Source: a virus
Taxonomy: Duplodnaviria > Heunggongvirae > Uroviricota > Caudoviricetes
IMG/VR virus record: IMGVR_UViG_3300046003_006038
Span: 1-64,000 of that record
Reading direction: 5' to 3' (one strand)
Length of the DNA: 64,000 bases
The notes below the pieces were generated by a model. That model searched no databases. It was not told the DNA's origin and worked only from the letters and a program-made list of their open reading frames with translations. The translations under genes were made by a program, and so were the position numbers. Positions 50,226 through 60,580 of the stretch are shown here, piece after piece (the stretch's first letter is position 1; the number at the start of each line of letters is the position of its first letter).

Positions 50226-51860
50226 TTACATGAACATGCTAGGATCTACTCCTGCGTCTTGTCCATCTTTCTCTTTTATACTTGTGATAATACATTCTGT
50301 AATTAACATTGTTCCTGCTACTGATGCTGCATTCTCTAAAGCCAGTCTTGTTACTTTAGTTGGATCGATGATTCCTTCTGTGAGCATATTTACATACTCT
50401 CCAACTCTAGGATTAAACCCTTGCCAAATATCTCCGTCTACTAACCTTACCATTCTTTCGTTAATAGTGTCTTGAGTTTCACCTGCATTTAAAAGTATCT
50501 GTTCGAATGGCTTTGTAATTGCTCTCCTTACGATATCGAATCCTTTTTGTTGATCTGGATGAGAAGCTACTGATGGATTGTTGTATAGGTATGCTGCTGC
50601 ATTTAGTAAAGCGATACCACCACCTGGTAAGATTCCTTCTTGAAGTGCTGCTTTAGTTGCATGAAGAGCATCATCTACTCTATCTTTCTTCTCTTTCATT
50701 TCAACTTCCGTATGACCTCCGACATGAATCATAGCTACTCCTCCTATAAGTTTTGCCAATCTGTCCTGTAAGATTTCTTTCTCGTAAGGTGAAACTGTAT
50801 TATCGATTTGTTCTTTTAACTCTTCGATTCTTTTTGTAATAGCTTCTTCAGATCCTTTCCCATCTACAATGGTAGTATCATCTTTACCTACTGTTACTTT
50901 TCTAGACTTACCAAACCATTCTAAGTTGAATTTGTCTAGCTTCATTCCTTTCTCTTCTGATACAACTGTACCCCCTGTCAAAGCTGCAATGTCTTCTAGC
51001 ATAGCTTTCTTCTTGTCTCCAAATTCAGGAGCTTTAACTGCTACTACTCTCAAGATACCTCTCATCTTGTTTACAACAAGTGTTGATAAAGCCTCTCCAT
51101 CAATATCGTCTGCAATGATAAGCAAGTCTTTATTTTGTTGTGATACTGATTCTAATAATGGAAGCATCTCTTTTACATGTTGGATTCTTTTATCTGTGAT
51201 AAGAATTAAGGGATTGTTTAGCACTGAAGTCATGGTACTATTATCTGTAACAAAGTATGGAGATTTATATCCTCTATTGAATTGCATACCCTCTACAGTT
51301 TCAAGATAAGTCTCTCCTGTTTTAGATTCTTCAATAGTTACTAATCCATCTCTACCAACTTTATCCATTGCTGTTGCAATAAGATTTCCTACCTCTGGAT
51401 CGTTGTTACCTGAGATTGTTGCTACTTGTTTGATTTGCTCTTCATCTGTGATGTCCTTCGAGTATTGATCTCTCAAGTAGTTGACTACTGCTTTAGTTGC
51501 AATGTCGATACCTCGCTTTACTTCTACTGCATTTGAGTTATCCAACTCGGCTAAACCTTGTTTGTAAATCTCTCTTGCAAGTAATGTTGCTGTTGTAGTT
51601 CCATCCCCAGCCAATCTTGCTGATTCGATTGCAACTTGTTTTACAGCTTGTGCTCCAGTATTTTCGATTGGATCTTCCAATACTACTTCTTTTGCTACTG
51701 TTACACCATCCTTTGTTGATGTTGGATTACCTCCCTGTTGTTGAATGAATACATTCCTACCTGAAGGCCCTAATGTACATACAACTGCGTCCGCTAACTG
51801 GTCTACTCCTGAAAGTAGCTTCTCTCTGGCTTCTTTTGAAAAACTAATTTGTTTACTCAT
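50226..51860 (-). CDS. groEL: chaperonin GroEL (Cpn60)
   Basis: TLGPSGRNV, AGDGTTTATLLA, C-terminal ...GGMFM-like tail; collinear with bacterial GroEL. Confidence 0.9.
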   Translation of the reverse strand: MSKQISFSKEAREKLLSGVDQLADAVVCTLGPSGRNVFIQQQGGNPTSTKDGVTVAKEVVLEDPIENTGAQAVKQVAIESARLAGDGTTTATLLAREIYKQGLAELDNSNAVEVKRGIDIATKAVVNYLRDQYSKDITDEEQIKQVATISGNNDPEVGNLIATAMDKVGRDGLVTIEESKTGETYLETVEGMQFNRGYKSPYFVTDNSTMTSVLNNPLILITDKRIQHVKEMLPLLESVSQQNKDLLIIADDIDGEALSTLVVNKMRGILRVVAVKAPEFGDKKKAMLEDIAALTGGTVVSEEKGMKLDKFNLEWFGKSRKVTVGKDDTTIVDGKGSEEAITKRIEELKEQIDNTVSPYEKEILQDRLAKLIGGVAMIHVGGHTEVEMKEKKDRVDDALHATKAALQEGILPGGGIALLNAAAYLYNNPSVASHPDQQKGFDIVRRAITKPFEQILLNAGETQDTINERMVRLVDGDIWQGFNPRVGEYVNMLTEGIIDPTKVTRLALENAASVAGTMLITECIITSIKEKDGQDAGVDPSMFM

Positions 51861-51862
51861 AA

Positions 51863-52168
51863 CTACTCTTGTGATTCTTTAATTGTTGCTAAGATCTCTC
51901 TGTCTGGTGTAATAAAGTATTCCTCTCCTTCAAAATCAATTCGTAACGAACCGATCTTAGGTACTAGTATTACATCTCCTACTTTAGCTTTGACTTCTAT
52001 CCATGTACCGAACTCTGATTGTCGACCTGGACCTACTGCGATAACTTCTCCCATTTCTGGTTTTTCTTTTCCCATGTCCGGAATAATAATCGTTCCGTAC
52101 ATCTCTTCTCCTGTCTGTACAGGTTTGATAAGAACTCTATCGTTCTGTGGTAATAACTTTTTTGGCAT
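51863..52168 (-). CDS. groES: co-chaperonin GroES (Cpn10)
   Basis: RVLIKPVQ...GEVIAVGPGR...KVGDVILV; ~100 aa; immediately upstream of groEL. Confidence 0.85.
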   Translation of the reverse strand: MPKKLLPQNDRVLIKPVQTGEEMYGTIIIPDMGKEKPEMGEVIAVGPGRQSEFGTWIEVKAKVGDVILVPKIGSLRIDFEGEEYFITPDREILATIKESQE

Positions 52169-52238
52169 AAACTAATTTTAATTTTATAACTTATTTCTAT
52201 TAATATAAACTATTTTTTTCTAATATGCAACTATACTG

Positions 52239-52508
52239 CTAAAACTTATTGTCTAGATACGGTACACCCATAAAACCATGTATCCCTTCGTTTTCTAATT
52301 GTATCTCATACTGCTGCCAGTCTTCAGGTGATTGTGTTAAATCTCGCCAAGCAACATCGACACTGTATTTATCTGAGATTATAAAACCCTCTTCGTCCTG
52401 TATAATATGCCCTATTTCTACTATACTATGTAAATGGTACCCCAACTGTTGTATCTTTTGTTGAGCTTGTTGTTGTGTATCAAATTCGTATTTTGCAATT
52501 CTTATCAT
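52239..52508 (-). CDS. hypothetical protein
   Basis: ORF in track. Confidence 0.55.
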   Translation of the reverse strand: MIRIAKYEFDTQQQAQQKIQQLGYHLHSIVEIGHIIQDEEGFIISDKYSVDVAWRDLTQSPEDWQQYEIQLENEGIHGFMGVPYLDNKF

Positions 52509-53869
52509 GATGTTATTTCTGCTAATTGTGAGTCTGTTAGTCTAGTTTTCCATAGTGCTGCGTAGTCAATACTAGCATCACCTTGTTGCCCTGAGTACCA
52601 GCTTCCTATGTCAATTCTACTAAGCGAATTCCCAAAAGTCAACGTGCTCGTATTTGTTGCTACTTGTGCTCCATTTATATATAATTTAGAGTTACTTGAG
52701 CTGTATGCTACAGCTACTCTAACACTGCCAGAGTATGATAGTGGACTTGTAAGTATTACTGTATCTCCTGTAGGTGTTGAACCTGATACGTGCACTGCTA
52801 TTTGTGAATTTTCTTCTCTACTAACATATAGAAAAGGACCTACACCACCTGCCGGTATTGGGTATGACAGCCCTAGAATAATCGAATTTGATGCCGATAT
52901 TGGAGCTGTAGGTAGATTTGCTTGAACGTAAATGGTACCCTCCTGCTGTCCTATTAAATTACTTGACGATGTTCTGAACAGTAAGTCGGCTGCTCTTGTT
53001 ACTGATTCACTGTTAGGTGTTTCGATATAACTTGTAGAGCCAAAGCCTCGTTCAAGTTGCAGGTACGCTATGTCGTGGTAAAAACTTGCACTCTGGTATC
53101 TTCGGGTATTTAGTGTACCTGACCCTGTGGTCGGTACCATTCGTATAAAACGTGCTGTACCACTGCCACTATGGTTAAACGTTATATCTAGTTTGTAACT
53201 TCCTGTATTATCGAGTTGCCTATAAGATGCTGTATAGTAGTCATCACTTATTGAGCTTGTAAATATTCTACTTTCAAAATCAAATGCTATTTGCGGGTTT
53301 GATAGACCTGTTGTAGCAGATCCTGTGGCCCATACAAAACTGCTAAGATACATCCACAAATTACGTACATTACCTTGTCTGACTACTGTGGAAAGTGTGT
53401 AGTACCCCGATCCTGATAGTGGCCCTAATCGGTAGGCGAGGCTTCCTGTTACATCACTTCCCCCTGTTCCCGCTGTTCCCGCTCTACTTCCTGTGTAGGT
53501 AAATCTTGTTGCAGGCAACCCTGCTATAGGTGTAATACTTTGTGTCTGCAGTAAGTAGTCTATACCGTCTCTCCATGCTTTGTTTGCAGACGAAGCAGTC
53601 ACATACGGTGTTCCTGACAGCCCTATTTCGTTCAAGCTCTGTCTTTCTATCAATGTAGATGGGTAGGTACTTCCGGAATTATATGTCAACCTAGGTACAT
53701 CTAGTGATCGTGTCACAAATTGGCTCTGACTTGTAAATACATACCCTGAGGAGTTTCTTACAAATTGAAAATCCCCAGAGGTTGTGTTGTTAGGTATAGC
53801 TGTATAGATGTCTCCTACTTTAAACCCTGTAGGAGTTATTAATAAACTTGCACTCTGTATTAATGTCAT
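52505..53869 (-). CDS. Ser/Thr/Gly-rich hypothetical protein (possible fiber/adhesin-like structural protein)
   Basis: 454 aa; low-complexity S/T/G-rich, beta-rich composition; no motif recognised. Confidence 0.5.
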   Translation of the reverse strand: MTLIQSASLLITPTGFKVGDIYTAIPNNTTSGDFQFVRNSSGYVFTSQSQFVTRSLDVPRLTYNSGSTYPSTLIERQSLNEIGLSGTPYVTASSANKAWRDGIDYLLQTQSITPIAGLPATRFTYTGSRAGTAGTGGSDVTGSLAYRLGPLSGSGYYTLSTVVRQGNVRNLWMYLSSFVWATGSATTGLSNPQIAFDFESRIFTSSISDDYYTASYRQLDNTGSYKLDITFNHSGSGTARFIRMVPTTGSGTLNTRRYQSASFYHDIAYLQLERGFGSTSYIETPNSESVTRAADLLFRTSSSNLIGQQEGTIYVQANLPTAPISASNSIILGLSYPIPAGGVGPFLYVSREENSQIAVHVSGSTPTGDTVILTSPLSYSGSVRVAVAYSSSNSKLYINGAQVATNTSTLTFGNSLSRIDIGSWYSGQQGDASIDYAALWKTRLTDSQLAEITS

Positions 53870-53909
53870 ATAATTTCGTATATATTATAAATAGTACATA
53901 GTATGGCTT

Positions 53910-56243
53910 TTAATGACCCTCGGCGAAGTTGTTTGCTATCTGCGGTGGTGCTTTTAAGGTTACTCCTGGAAGTTGTGTTGTGTTTTCCATTAATTCTTGG
54001 ACATAAGGCATGAACATTTCTGCTTGATCTTCTCTTACGTTTATAATTAACTGGTCATGAATCTGAGCTTGTACTCTGGCATCTACTCCTAGTTCTTTTG
54101 CTTTCCTGTTAATTTGAATTGCTGCTCTGTTTACAACCGCTGCTGCAAGTGATTGTAGTTGGAAATTTAAACAGTTGTTGATTCCATTTCGATAATCCAT
54201 ATACATTCTGTTCACAGGATCTTTTCCGTATTTGGTTTCTAGATCTTTTCTAAATCTCCAATCTAATACTTGGTCTCCAAACTTTTCAAAGATCTGTTTT
54301 ACTTTTGGTAAGTGACGAATACGTCCTACTTTATTTGTAACAAACCCATGAGTCTTTGCTTGATTGCGTGAAGCAATCATCCACTCTCTTAATTGTGGAA
54401 ACCCACTTAAATATCCTTCAACTAATTTGTCTCCTTCCTTAGCAGGTATTCCCAATGTCATTGCTAATGCATATCCTGACATTCCGTATGCTACTCCTAG
54501 TGAATACGACTTTGCTTGTTGTCTCTTAACTGGATCTAGTTTCTTTAGGAATATTGGTGACTTGGTGTCTGGTGATACTCCGTTTGGATATTTCACAGTA
54601 TCTTGGTCCAACTTTTCTGTCTTGATGGCAATAGTGGAGTAAAAATCCCATCCATTGTTAAAAATGTCTTGTAATCCCTTATCTCCCGATACTGATGCAA
54701 AGCAGTGAGGTTCTAGAGAAGTGTAGTCATTATCAATTAATTTTCTTCCTTGTCCTGCAATTAGGAACTCTCTTACTACGTTTGTGTAATGTACTAGTAG
54801 TGGAGATTCTTCTCCTTCTTCTTTTGGTTTAGGAAGTTGTTGAGCATCTGAACCATACCTTCCTGATACCGTACCATTTTGTTTGTAGTAGAAGTAGTAT
54901 CGTCCATCCTCTTGTCCATCTAAGAATCTATCGATGTATGTTGATTTAATCTTAACTAATTTGTTATATGTTCTAAGATTATTTGCCCACTCGTATGTTT
55001 TAGAAAGCTCCTCCAACATATCCATATCAAATTGATCCTGCCCTTTCTTAGTTTGTGTAAGAGGTTTGATTCCCATATACTTGAAAGCAATCTCACCTAA
55101 GTGTTTCTTAGATTGAATGTTCAAATAGTCACCATCATTCTCATCCTTCCACATCGACATAGAAATTCTAACAACTTCCATTTCATCCAATAGAGAAATA
55201 TCTCCTGTCTGTAAAAATTGTTTAACATTACTATCTTCTAAGTTGTCAATATCTTTTTTACCTAAAGAATACTTTCCAGTCTTTTCACTTCTTGGTAATG
55301 GTAGTGAATGCATGATTGCTAAATTCTGAGCCCAGTTACCTCTGTGTGATGGTGGATAGTTGTGTAATGCTGTATCCACTACCCATTCCTTTGCTTCTGG
55401 AATGCTTAGGATGCTGTCTATTACAATCTTCTTGTTTGCTTGTAGATCTCTTATGATATCTTGTTTTGTTTTTTCTAATAGTGGAAGATCTAAAGCTACT
55501 CCAAACTCCTCCATTGGAACAGTTACTTCTCTGTAGAGAGGCATCACTTCTTCCTCAAAGAAGAACTTTTCTAGTTCTTCCTCTTTTAGTACTTTTATAA
55601 AGTGATTACAAACTCTTAAAGTTAAGTCCGTATCAGCAGCAGCATACTTGGAAAGGATTGCCATATCTGCTTTAAAGATTTCGTAAAGATCTTTTGTAGT
55701 CGATCCACCATTCTTCTTTATCGATTCCTTCAACTCCAACTGCTCTTGGTTGGCTGCTTTTTCAACATCTAACCCTATGTGCTGCTGGATGGAGATTGCT
55801 AAAGGCTTTAGTCCAAACACACCCATACCGGCACCCTCTTCCTGTACTGTATGCACAAGGAGCGCTGTATCTACCCAAAGATCTTCCAGTAATGATACTC
55901 CATAGAAGTTCTTAGTAATACGGCAGTCAAAAGAAGCATTGTGCATTACTAGCCTCTTACCCTTTAACATCGGTAGTAGCTTTTTAGTAATACCATGTGC
56001 TCCTTTTCCGCCAATGGTACATTCCTCCAATTGATTTGTTTCTGTATTCCATTTCTGAGTTGGAAGGTAAAATCCTATTCCTTCCTCGCCTGATACAGAC
56101 CATCCTACAACTTGATCTTTTCTTACGTTCAATCCTGTTGTTTCAGTATCGTAAGCAAGAACTTCTGATTGATTAATATGTTCGATAAGGAGGTTGACAG
56201 TCTCAATACTGTCGACGTGGTAGTACCTCTTTTCTATTTGCAT
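53910..56243 (-). CDS. DNA polymerase I family A with 3'-5' proofreading exonuclease domain
   Basis: Exo I LAYDTETTGL; motif A DNDYTSLEPH; motif B RQQAKSYSLGVAYGMSGYALA; motif C IHDQL. The track start is TTG inside the upstream terminator, so the ATG (MQIEK) was chosen. Confidence 0.85.
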   Translation of the reverse strand: MQIEKRYYHVDSIETVNLLIEHINQSEVLAYDTETTGLNVRKDQVVGWSVSGEEGIGFYLPTQKWNTETNQLEECTIGGKGAHGITKKLLPMLKGKRLVMHNASFDCRITKNFYGVSLLEDLWVDTALLVHTVQEEGAGMGVFGLKPLAISIQQHIGLDVEKAANQEQLELKESIKKNGGSTTKDLYEIFKADMAILSKYAAADTDLTLRVCNHFIKVLKEEELEKFFFEEEVMPLYREVTVPMEEFGVALDLPLLEKTKQDIIRDLQANKKIVIDSILSIPEAKEWVVDTALHNYPPSHRGNWAQNLAIMHSLPLPRSEKTGKYSLGKKDIDNLEDSNVKQFLQTGDISLLDEMEVVRISMSMWKDENDGDYLNIQSKKHLGEIAFKYMGIKPLTQTKKGQDQFDMDMLEELSKTYEWANNLRTYNKLVKIKSTYIDRFLDGQEDGRYYFYYKQNGTVSGRYGSDAQQLPKPKEEGEESPLLVHYTNVVREFLIAGQGRKLIDNDYTSLEPHCFASVSGDKGLQDIFNNGWDFYSTIAIKTEKLDQDTVKYPNGVSPDTKSPIFLKKLDPVKRQQAKSYSLGVAYGMSGYALAMTLGIPAKEGDKLVEGYLSGFPQLREWMIASRNQAKTHGFVTNKVGRIRHLPKVKQIFEKFGDQVLDWRFRKDLETKYGKDPVNRMYMDYRNGINNCLNFQLQSLAAAVVNRAAIQINRKAKELGVDARVQAQIHDQLIINVREDQAEMFMPYVQELMENTTQLPGVTLKAPPQIANNFAEGH

Positions 56244-56285
56244 AACTGATTTTATTATTGTGTAAAGGTAATAAAAGAGCTGCAA

Positions 56286-56768
56286 TTAAGCAACTCTTTC
56301 TTCAAACTTTTTTATAATTACATTTGTTTCTACAGGTAACCATACCCCAATTGCTCCGTTCCTCAGGTATGACATCTTTATATTACTCTTTGATACTCTG
56401 TCATTAATGTAATTTCTCATCTGATTTACATTATAGTAGTATACTTTTTCGGTAACTAAGCTGTAACATATAATCCAATCCGACTTAGTTGTGTGAAACC
56501 ATCCTAATACCCCTTCTTTCTTATATAGTTCTAAAAAAGTTAGACCTGTTTCTGAGATATTTGTTTTAATATCCGCCCTATCCCAGGCATTAGTTTCTGT
56601 GTTTAAAAACTCTATATCTAAGCCTTTTTGTTGGTAGGCTTTGTTTTCGGTATAGTCTGTTAAATCCCGTACCTGTAACTTTTTGGATAAAATCTCAATA
56701 ACGGCTTGTTCACCAAGACCTCCCTTTTTTAGATTCTCCAGGAAGGTCTGTTGTGTACCTGCCTCCAT
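56286..56768 (-). CDS. hypothetical protein
   Basis: ORF in track. Confidence 0.55.
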   Translation of the reverse strand: MEAGTQQTFLENLKKGGLGEQAVIEILSKKLQVRDLTDYTENKAYQQKGLDIEFLNTETNAWDRADIKTNISETGLTFLELYKKEGVLGWFHTTKSDWIICYSLVTEKVYYYNVNQMRNYINDRVSKSNIKMSYLRNGAIGVWLPVETNVIIKKFEERVA

Positions 56769-57694
56769 TATTGTCGTAATGTTTTTGACATTCTACATTT
56801 AATGTCTGTAAAGAAGCTTGGAATTAATTCTTTATGTGAAGCTCTAATTGGATTAATATCTAATCCTCCTCTACGAGTATAAAGACAAGCTACCATTAAT
56901 TCTTCTGGACTGTAAGCTTCTTTTAAGTGCATATAAATCATCTCACAAATTTCTTCATGGAAGTGACTTACTTGTCTATGACTTACAATATACTTTGCTA
57001 ATGATTGTAGGTTAGGAACAACTCCTGCTTTTGGCTTAATGTGAATAAATACATCACCCCAGTCTGGTTGATTTGTTACTCTACAATTCGATCTTAGTAA
57101 ATTTGATTGTATTTTTATTTCATTTAATTGGAAGTCTTCGTCTACTTCTTCTGTCTCTAATTGAGAGGCATCTGAATGATAGGAAGTAAATTCAATAGCA
57201 TCTAAGTCTACTAATGCTCCTAATTCAGCATACCCTTTAAATGAGTATGTTGGAGTAAAGTCTGAGGTAAACATTACCACCTTTACGTCTGTTTGTAGTA
57301 ATTCTGATAAATCTTTTGATACTTTTTTCTCCAACAATTCAATACATTCTTGAGCTGTATCTCCTAATTGAGTCATATTGAATGAATTCAAATACAATTT
57401 GATAGATTTAGACTCTACGTGTAATTTTGAATCCGCTGAATACCAAATCTTCAACATTCCAACCACTGGAAGCCCTTTTGTGGTAATTGCAGATACTTCG
57501 TACGCATTCCACACATCTCCTCCTACGAAGGGTAGGTTATCTTCTTTGATTCCGTACGCTTCTCTATTCAAGTAACGTGGAATTTCTACCAATAGGCTTG
57601 GATCATAAGTATCGCTATAGCCTGCTCCACCTATTTGTCCTAGATGCTTTCCTGCAATCTTTACAACTTCTGCTTGATTTAATTCTTGTGTCAT
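56768..57694 (-). CDS. queF: QueF-like NADPH-dependent 7-cyano-7-deazaguanine (preQ0) reductase
   Basis: ESKSIKLYLNSF matches the QueF motif E(S/L)K(S/A)hK(L/Y)(Y/F/W). C-terminal YTRRGGLDINP. Length ~300 aa (YqcD type). Confidence 0.65.
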   Translation of the reverse strand: MTQELNQAEVVKIAGKHLGQIGGAGYSDTYDPSLLVEIPRYLNREAYGIKEDNLPFVGGDVWNAYEVSAITTKGLPVVGMLKIWYSADSKLHVESKSIKLYLNSFNMTQLGDTAQECIELLEKKVSKDLSELLQTDVKVVMFTSDFTPTYSFKGYAELGALVDLDAIEFTSYHSDASQLETEEVDEDFQLNEIKIQSNLLRSNCRVTNQPDWGDVFIHIKPKAGVVPNLQSLAKYIVSHRQVSHFHEEICEMIYMHLKEAYSPEELMVACLYTRRGGLDINPIRASHKELIPSFFTDIKCRMSKTLRQ

Positions 57695-57696
57695 GT

Positions 57697-58224
57697 TTAT
57701 TTTATATAGTTTAATATTTGTTCAACTCTTTGTTTAGGACTTCCTGTTACTGTTAGGTAATCTTTCCCTTGTACTTTCTTTATACTTGTTAAAGCTGATC
57801 TAAATTGATTATCGATTTTAGTTCTCCACTCTTCGTCTACACTTCTTACTCCATCATCTACTGATGGGAATTCTATTGGAAAGTAAATAAAATGTGTATA
57901 CTGATTCATAACTCTCATCCAAGTATCTAAGATACAGTTATATGCACTATTTGACATCTTATCCATATAAGTAGAATATACTACAAGATCTAAATAACAT
58001 CTATCAAGTATTACATCTTTCGGACATAGTAGAGCTTCTAAATGGAAAGAAGAGATAGCAAGCTGTGTTTCAGAAGTACCTGCCTTATTGATGGGAAATC
58101 CGTATTTACCAACCGTTCTTGTTGATTCATTTATAAATTCATACTCTGGAATGTATTGTTTTAGTAATTCATATACAGTAGTCTTTCCTACTGATGATGC
58201 TCCTACAAGTGCTATTCTTTTCAT
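57697..58224 (-). CDS. P-loop NTPase (putative nucleoside/nucleotide kinase)
   Basis: Walker A IALVGASSVGKTT; start trimmed to MKRIALVG. Confidence 0.5.
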   Translation of the reverse strand: MKRIALVGASSVGKTTVYELLKQYIPEYEFINESTRTVGKYGFPINKAGTSETQLAISSFHLEALLCPKDVILDRCYLDLVVYSTYMDKMSNSAYNCILDTWMRVMNQYTHFIYFPIEFPSVDDGVRSVDEEWRTKIDNQFRSALTSIKKVQGKDYLTVTGSPKQRVEQILNYIK

Positions 58225-58226
58225 AA

Positions 58227-58769
58227 CTAATTTTTTAAGAAGTCTACCCAAAGACTTACTGATATACTATGTAATATATGGAATAATTCCCCAATTTCCA
58301 ACCCCGTTATTGATACCTTTCTACTACGAAGTATCTCTCCTTCATCAACTCCTTCTGTTACTCTATGAATAACACATCCTGAAGATTCTAATCCTAAATC
58401 AAAAGCTTTTTGCTGAGGATCTTTTCCTTTTAGTTCTGGATATTCAGTTATAAGTCCTGGATGTCCGTTGTAGATCTCAAATCGATTACAGATATCTGGA
58501 GGCATAATTCTCAACCATCCATGTAGAGTTACAACTGGATTGATATAAGAACCTAAAGCTAAACCTATTTCTTCTTCTGAAGGTTTATTATCTAGAAAAA
58601 TTAAATGCTTATTCTCCAAAGCCGGGTGAATCTTTCTAAGATGCTCTGGTCTTTCGTTTGTAACTATCATATCAGGCCATCTTCCTAAAAGCTTTGACAC
58701 TTCTACGATCTCTGATCCTGTTTGTGAAAAAAAAAAAACTATCCAAGGTCTTTTTGGAATATTACTCAT
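58227..58769 (-). CDS. PurN-like formyltransferase domain protein
   Basis: YNGHPGLIT ... GCVIHRVTEGVDEGEIL aligns with PurN NIHPSLLP ... HFVTDELDGGPVI (catalytic His/Asp). Confidence 0.6.
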   Translation of the reverse strand: MSNIPKRPWIVFFFSQTGSEIVEVSKLLGRWPDMIVTNERPEHLRKIHPALENKHLIFLDNKPSEEEIGLALGSYINPVVTLHGWLRIMPPDICNRFEIYNGHPGLITEYPELKGKDPQQKAFDLGLESSGCVIHRVTEGVDEGEILRSRKVSITGLEIGELFHILHSISVSLWVDFLKN

Positions 58770-59541
58770 TTTTATTTTTTCTTTTTAAATTATTATACGT
58801 TGTCCAATCTGATTTACTTCGTTTTATATTTAGTTCTTCTATTACTTTTAATATAGGACTTTCGCTTTTAAATCCCAACTCTTTAGCAATCTGTTTACAT
58901 CCTATCCACTCTTTTAAGTACCTATTCTTAATATATTCTTTCTGTTCTTGAGAAAAATTTGGATTTCTTGAACCTAGTAAGATTCCTGCTTCACGTAGGG
59001 CTTTTTGTGATTCGTGCCTATCTTTAACATCCTCTCCTGCTCTTAAAAGTACTCTTTTACAAAGGTATTTAGATAGGCCTGATTGATTAGAGACTTCTTT
59101 TAAAGTCTTTATTTTAAGACTTTTCCAAATACTTAGTAGAACTTCTTGCTGCTCTACAGATACTTTTTTATAATTTGGACTAGCTTCTCCTTTAGGAGGG
59201 GAATATTGTTCAGACCTCTTCTTAAAAATCTCTTCTTTGTTAGGGTGAGTAGATATTGTATCCCCTCCTTCTCCTCCTTTTGCAATATTAAATACCCCTT
59301 GTTCTGCTATATACATTACCTCTTTTCGATTTAACTCCTGTAAGCAGTCTATATGTTCTTCTATAATCCGAAAGGATATCCTTTTTGCATCTTTATTAAA
59401 AATATTTTGCAGATATGGATTGTGATGCCTATTATGTAGGAGTAACGTTAAGTGCTCCTTTACTCTTTGTCTAAAAGGTCTTTCTGTTTTTCCAATATAC
59501 CCTTTTCCTGTTTCATTATCAACTATCTTATAAATTATCAT
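58762..59541 (-). CDS. GIY-YIG homing endonuclease (I-TevI-like) with C-terminal DNA-binding region
   Basis: IIYKIVDNETGKGYIGKT...RVKEH GIY-YIG motif. Confidence 0.75.
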   Translation of the reverse strand: MIIYKIVDNETGKGYIGKTERPFRQRVKEHLTLLLHNRHHNPYLQNIFNKDAKRISFRIIEEHIDCLQELNRKEVMYIAEQGVFNIAKGGEGGDTISTHPNKEEIFKKRSEQYSPPKGEASPNYKKVSVEQQEVLLSIWKSLKIKTLKEVSNQSGLSKYLCKRVLLRAGEDVKDRHESQKALREAGILLGSRNPNFSQEQKEYIKNRYLKEWIGCKQIAKELGFKSESPILKVIEELNIKRSKSDWTTYNNLKRKNKNE

Positions 59542-59589
59542 ACTAATCTTTATTATAAATAGTCATTTTTCTCCTAAACAGGATGTGAG

Positions 59590-59793
59590 TTATATATCTG
59601 GCTTTTCTAATATACCTATTTCGTACTGTATTATGTCATCTTCATCTACAAAGAAGAATCGTTTACCAACTCTTAGGCTGTATGCTGATTTTCTCCCTAA
59701 ATCTAAATTAATGTATGCAAATACTTCTGCATCTACTATTTCATTATCAGAATTTAAAAGCACTTTTTCTCCTATCTTATACTTTCTTTCCAT
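59590..59793 (-). CDS. hypothetical small protein
   Basis: ORF in track. Confidence 0.45.
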   Translation of the reverse strand: MERKYKIGEKVLLNSDNEIVDAEVFAYINLDLGRKSAYSLRVGKRFFFVDEDDIIQYEIGILEKPDI

Positions 59794-60580
59794 TTACAAG
59801 CCAATTGAACTTATGTATATTCCCCTGAACTTTGTTTAAATCTACCTGGTCTGCAGGGTAGTTTATAAGTTCGAATAGTTTTTGAGAGTCTTTATGCCAT
59901 AGTCCCATTTCTCCGTAAGATGTCCCTTTTATAGCTGCTACTACCGGATTTGATGTATCAATAGAGTATATCCATTTGTAATCCGAATAGAAAGAGAATT
60001 CCAAGGCAATCGAACATCCTAATAAATGGTGTTTCTTCTCCTCGTTTATAACACCGTCTCTCAATAGATCTCCCAGTAGCTTAACCCTTCCCATAGCCCA
60101 GCTTACCAGTTTATTAGGATGTGGAAAAGTCTGCGTATAGTACGAATAGTCAAATGAAATTGCAATCATATCTACATTTGCAATCTTATCCATATACTCA
60201 TAACAGATTTTAATCTGCTCGTAAGTCTTTCCTTGAACAACTCCTATTTTCTTTCCTGGAAGATTTTTATACTTGTTATTCCATTCTGTCATTTGCTGTA
60301 CAGTCTTCTTTGCATCTTCTAAAGCATCTGGAACTATATACCAGTCTGGTTTTAGTTCCAATACCCATCCTGCAAACTTCTCTGCATCGAAAGCTTCCTC
60401 TAATTCAAAAATAGAATTATCTAAGATAATTTCTCTACCTGCTTCTTTAGCATCTTGAAATTGCTTTAAGTACTCTGGATCTTCTTCCAGCAAATGTACC
60501 AAACAGTAATCATAGTCTGTAAGAGATTGTACTGTTTTAAAAATTGATTTTGGAGCCTCATGGGCTATACGTATCGCCAT
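59777..60580 (-). CDS. putative DpdA-like 7-deazaguanine DNA transglycosylase (TGT-fold); tentative
   Basis: ILDNSIFEL and SIDTSNPV resemble the two catalytic-Asp segments of TGT (LTDSGGFQ / MFDCVLPTR). Context: queF, folE and formyltransferase neighbours. Confidence 0.35.
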   Translation of the reverse strand: MAIRIAHEAPKSIFKTVQSLTDYDYCLVHLLEEDPEYLKQFQDAKEAGREIILDNSIFELEEAFDAEKFAGWVLELKPDWYIVPDALEDAKKTVQQMTEWNNKYKNLPGKKIGVVQGKTYEQIKICYEYMDKIANVDMIAISFDYSYYTQTFPHPNKLVSWAMGRVKLLGDLLRDGVINEEKKHHLLGCSIALEFSFYSDYKWIYSIDTSNPVVAAIKGTSYGEMGLWHKDSQKLFELINYPADQVDLNKVQGNIHKFNWLVNGKKV

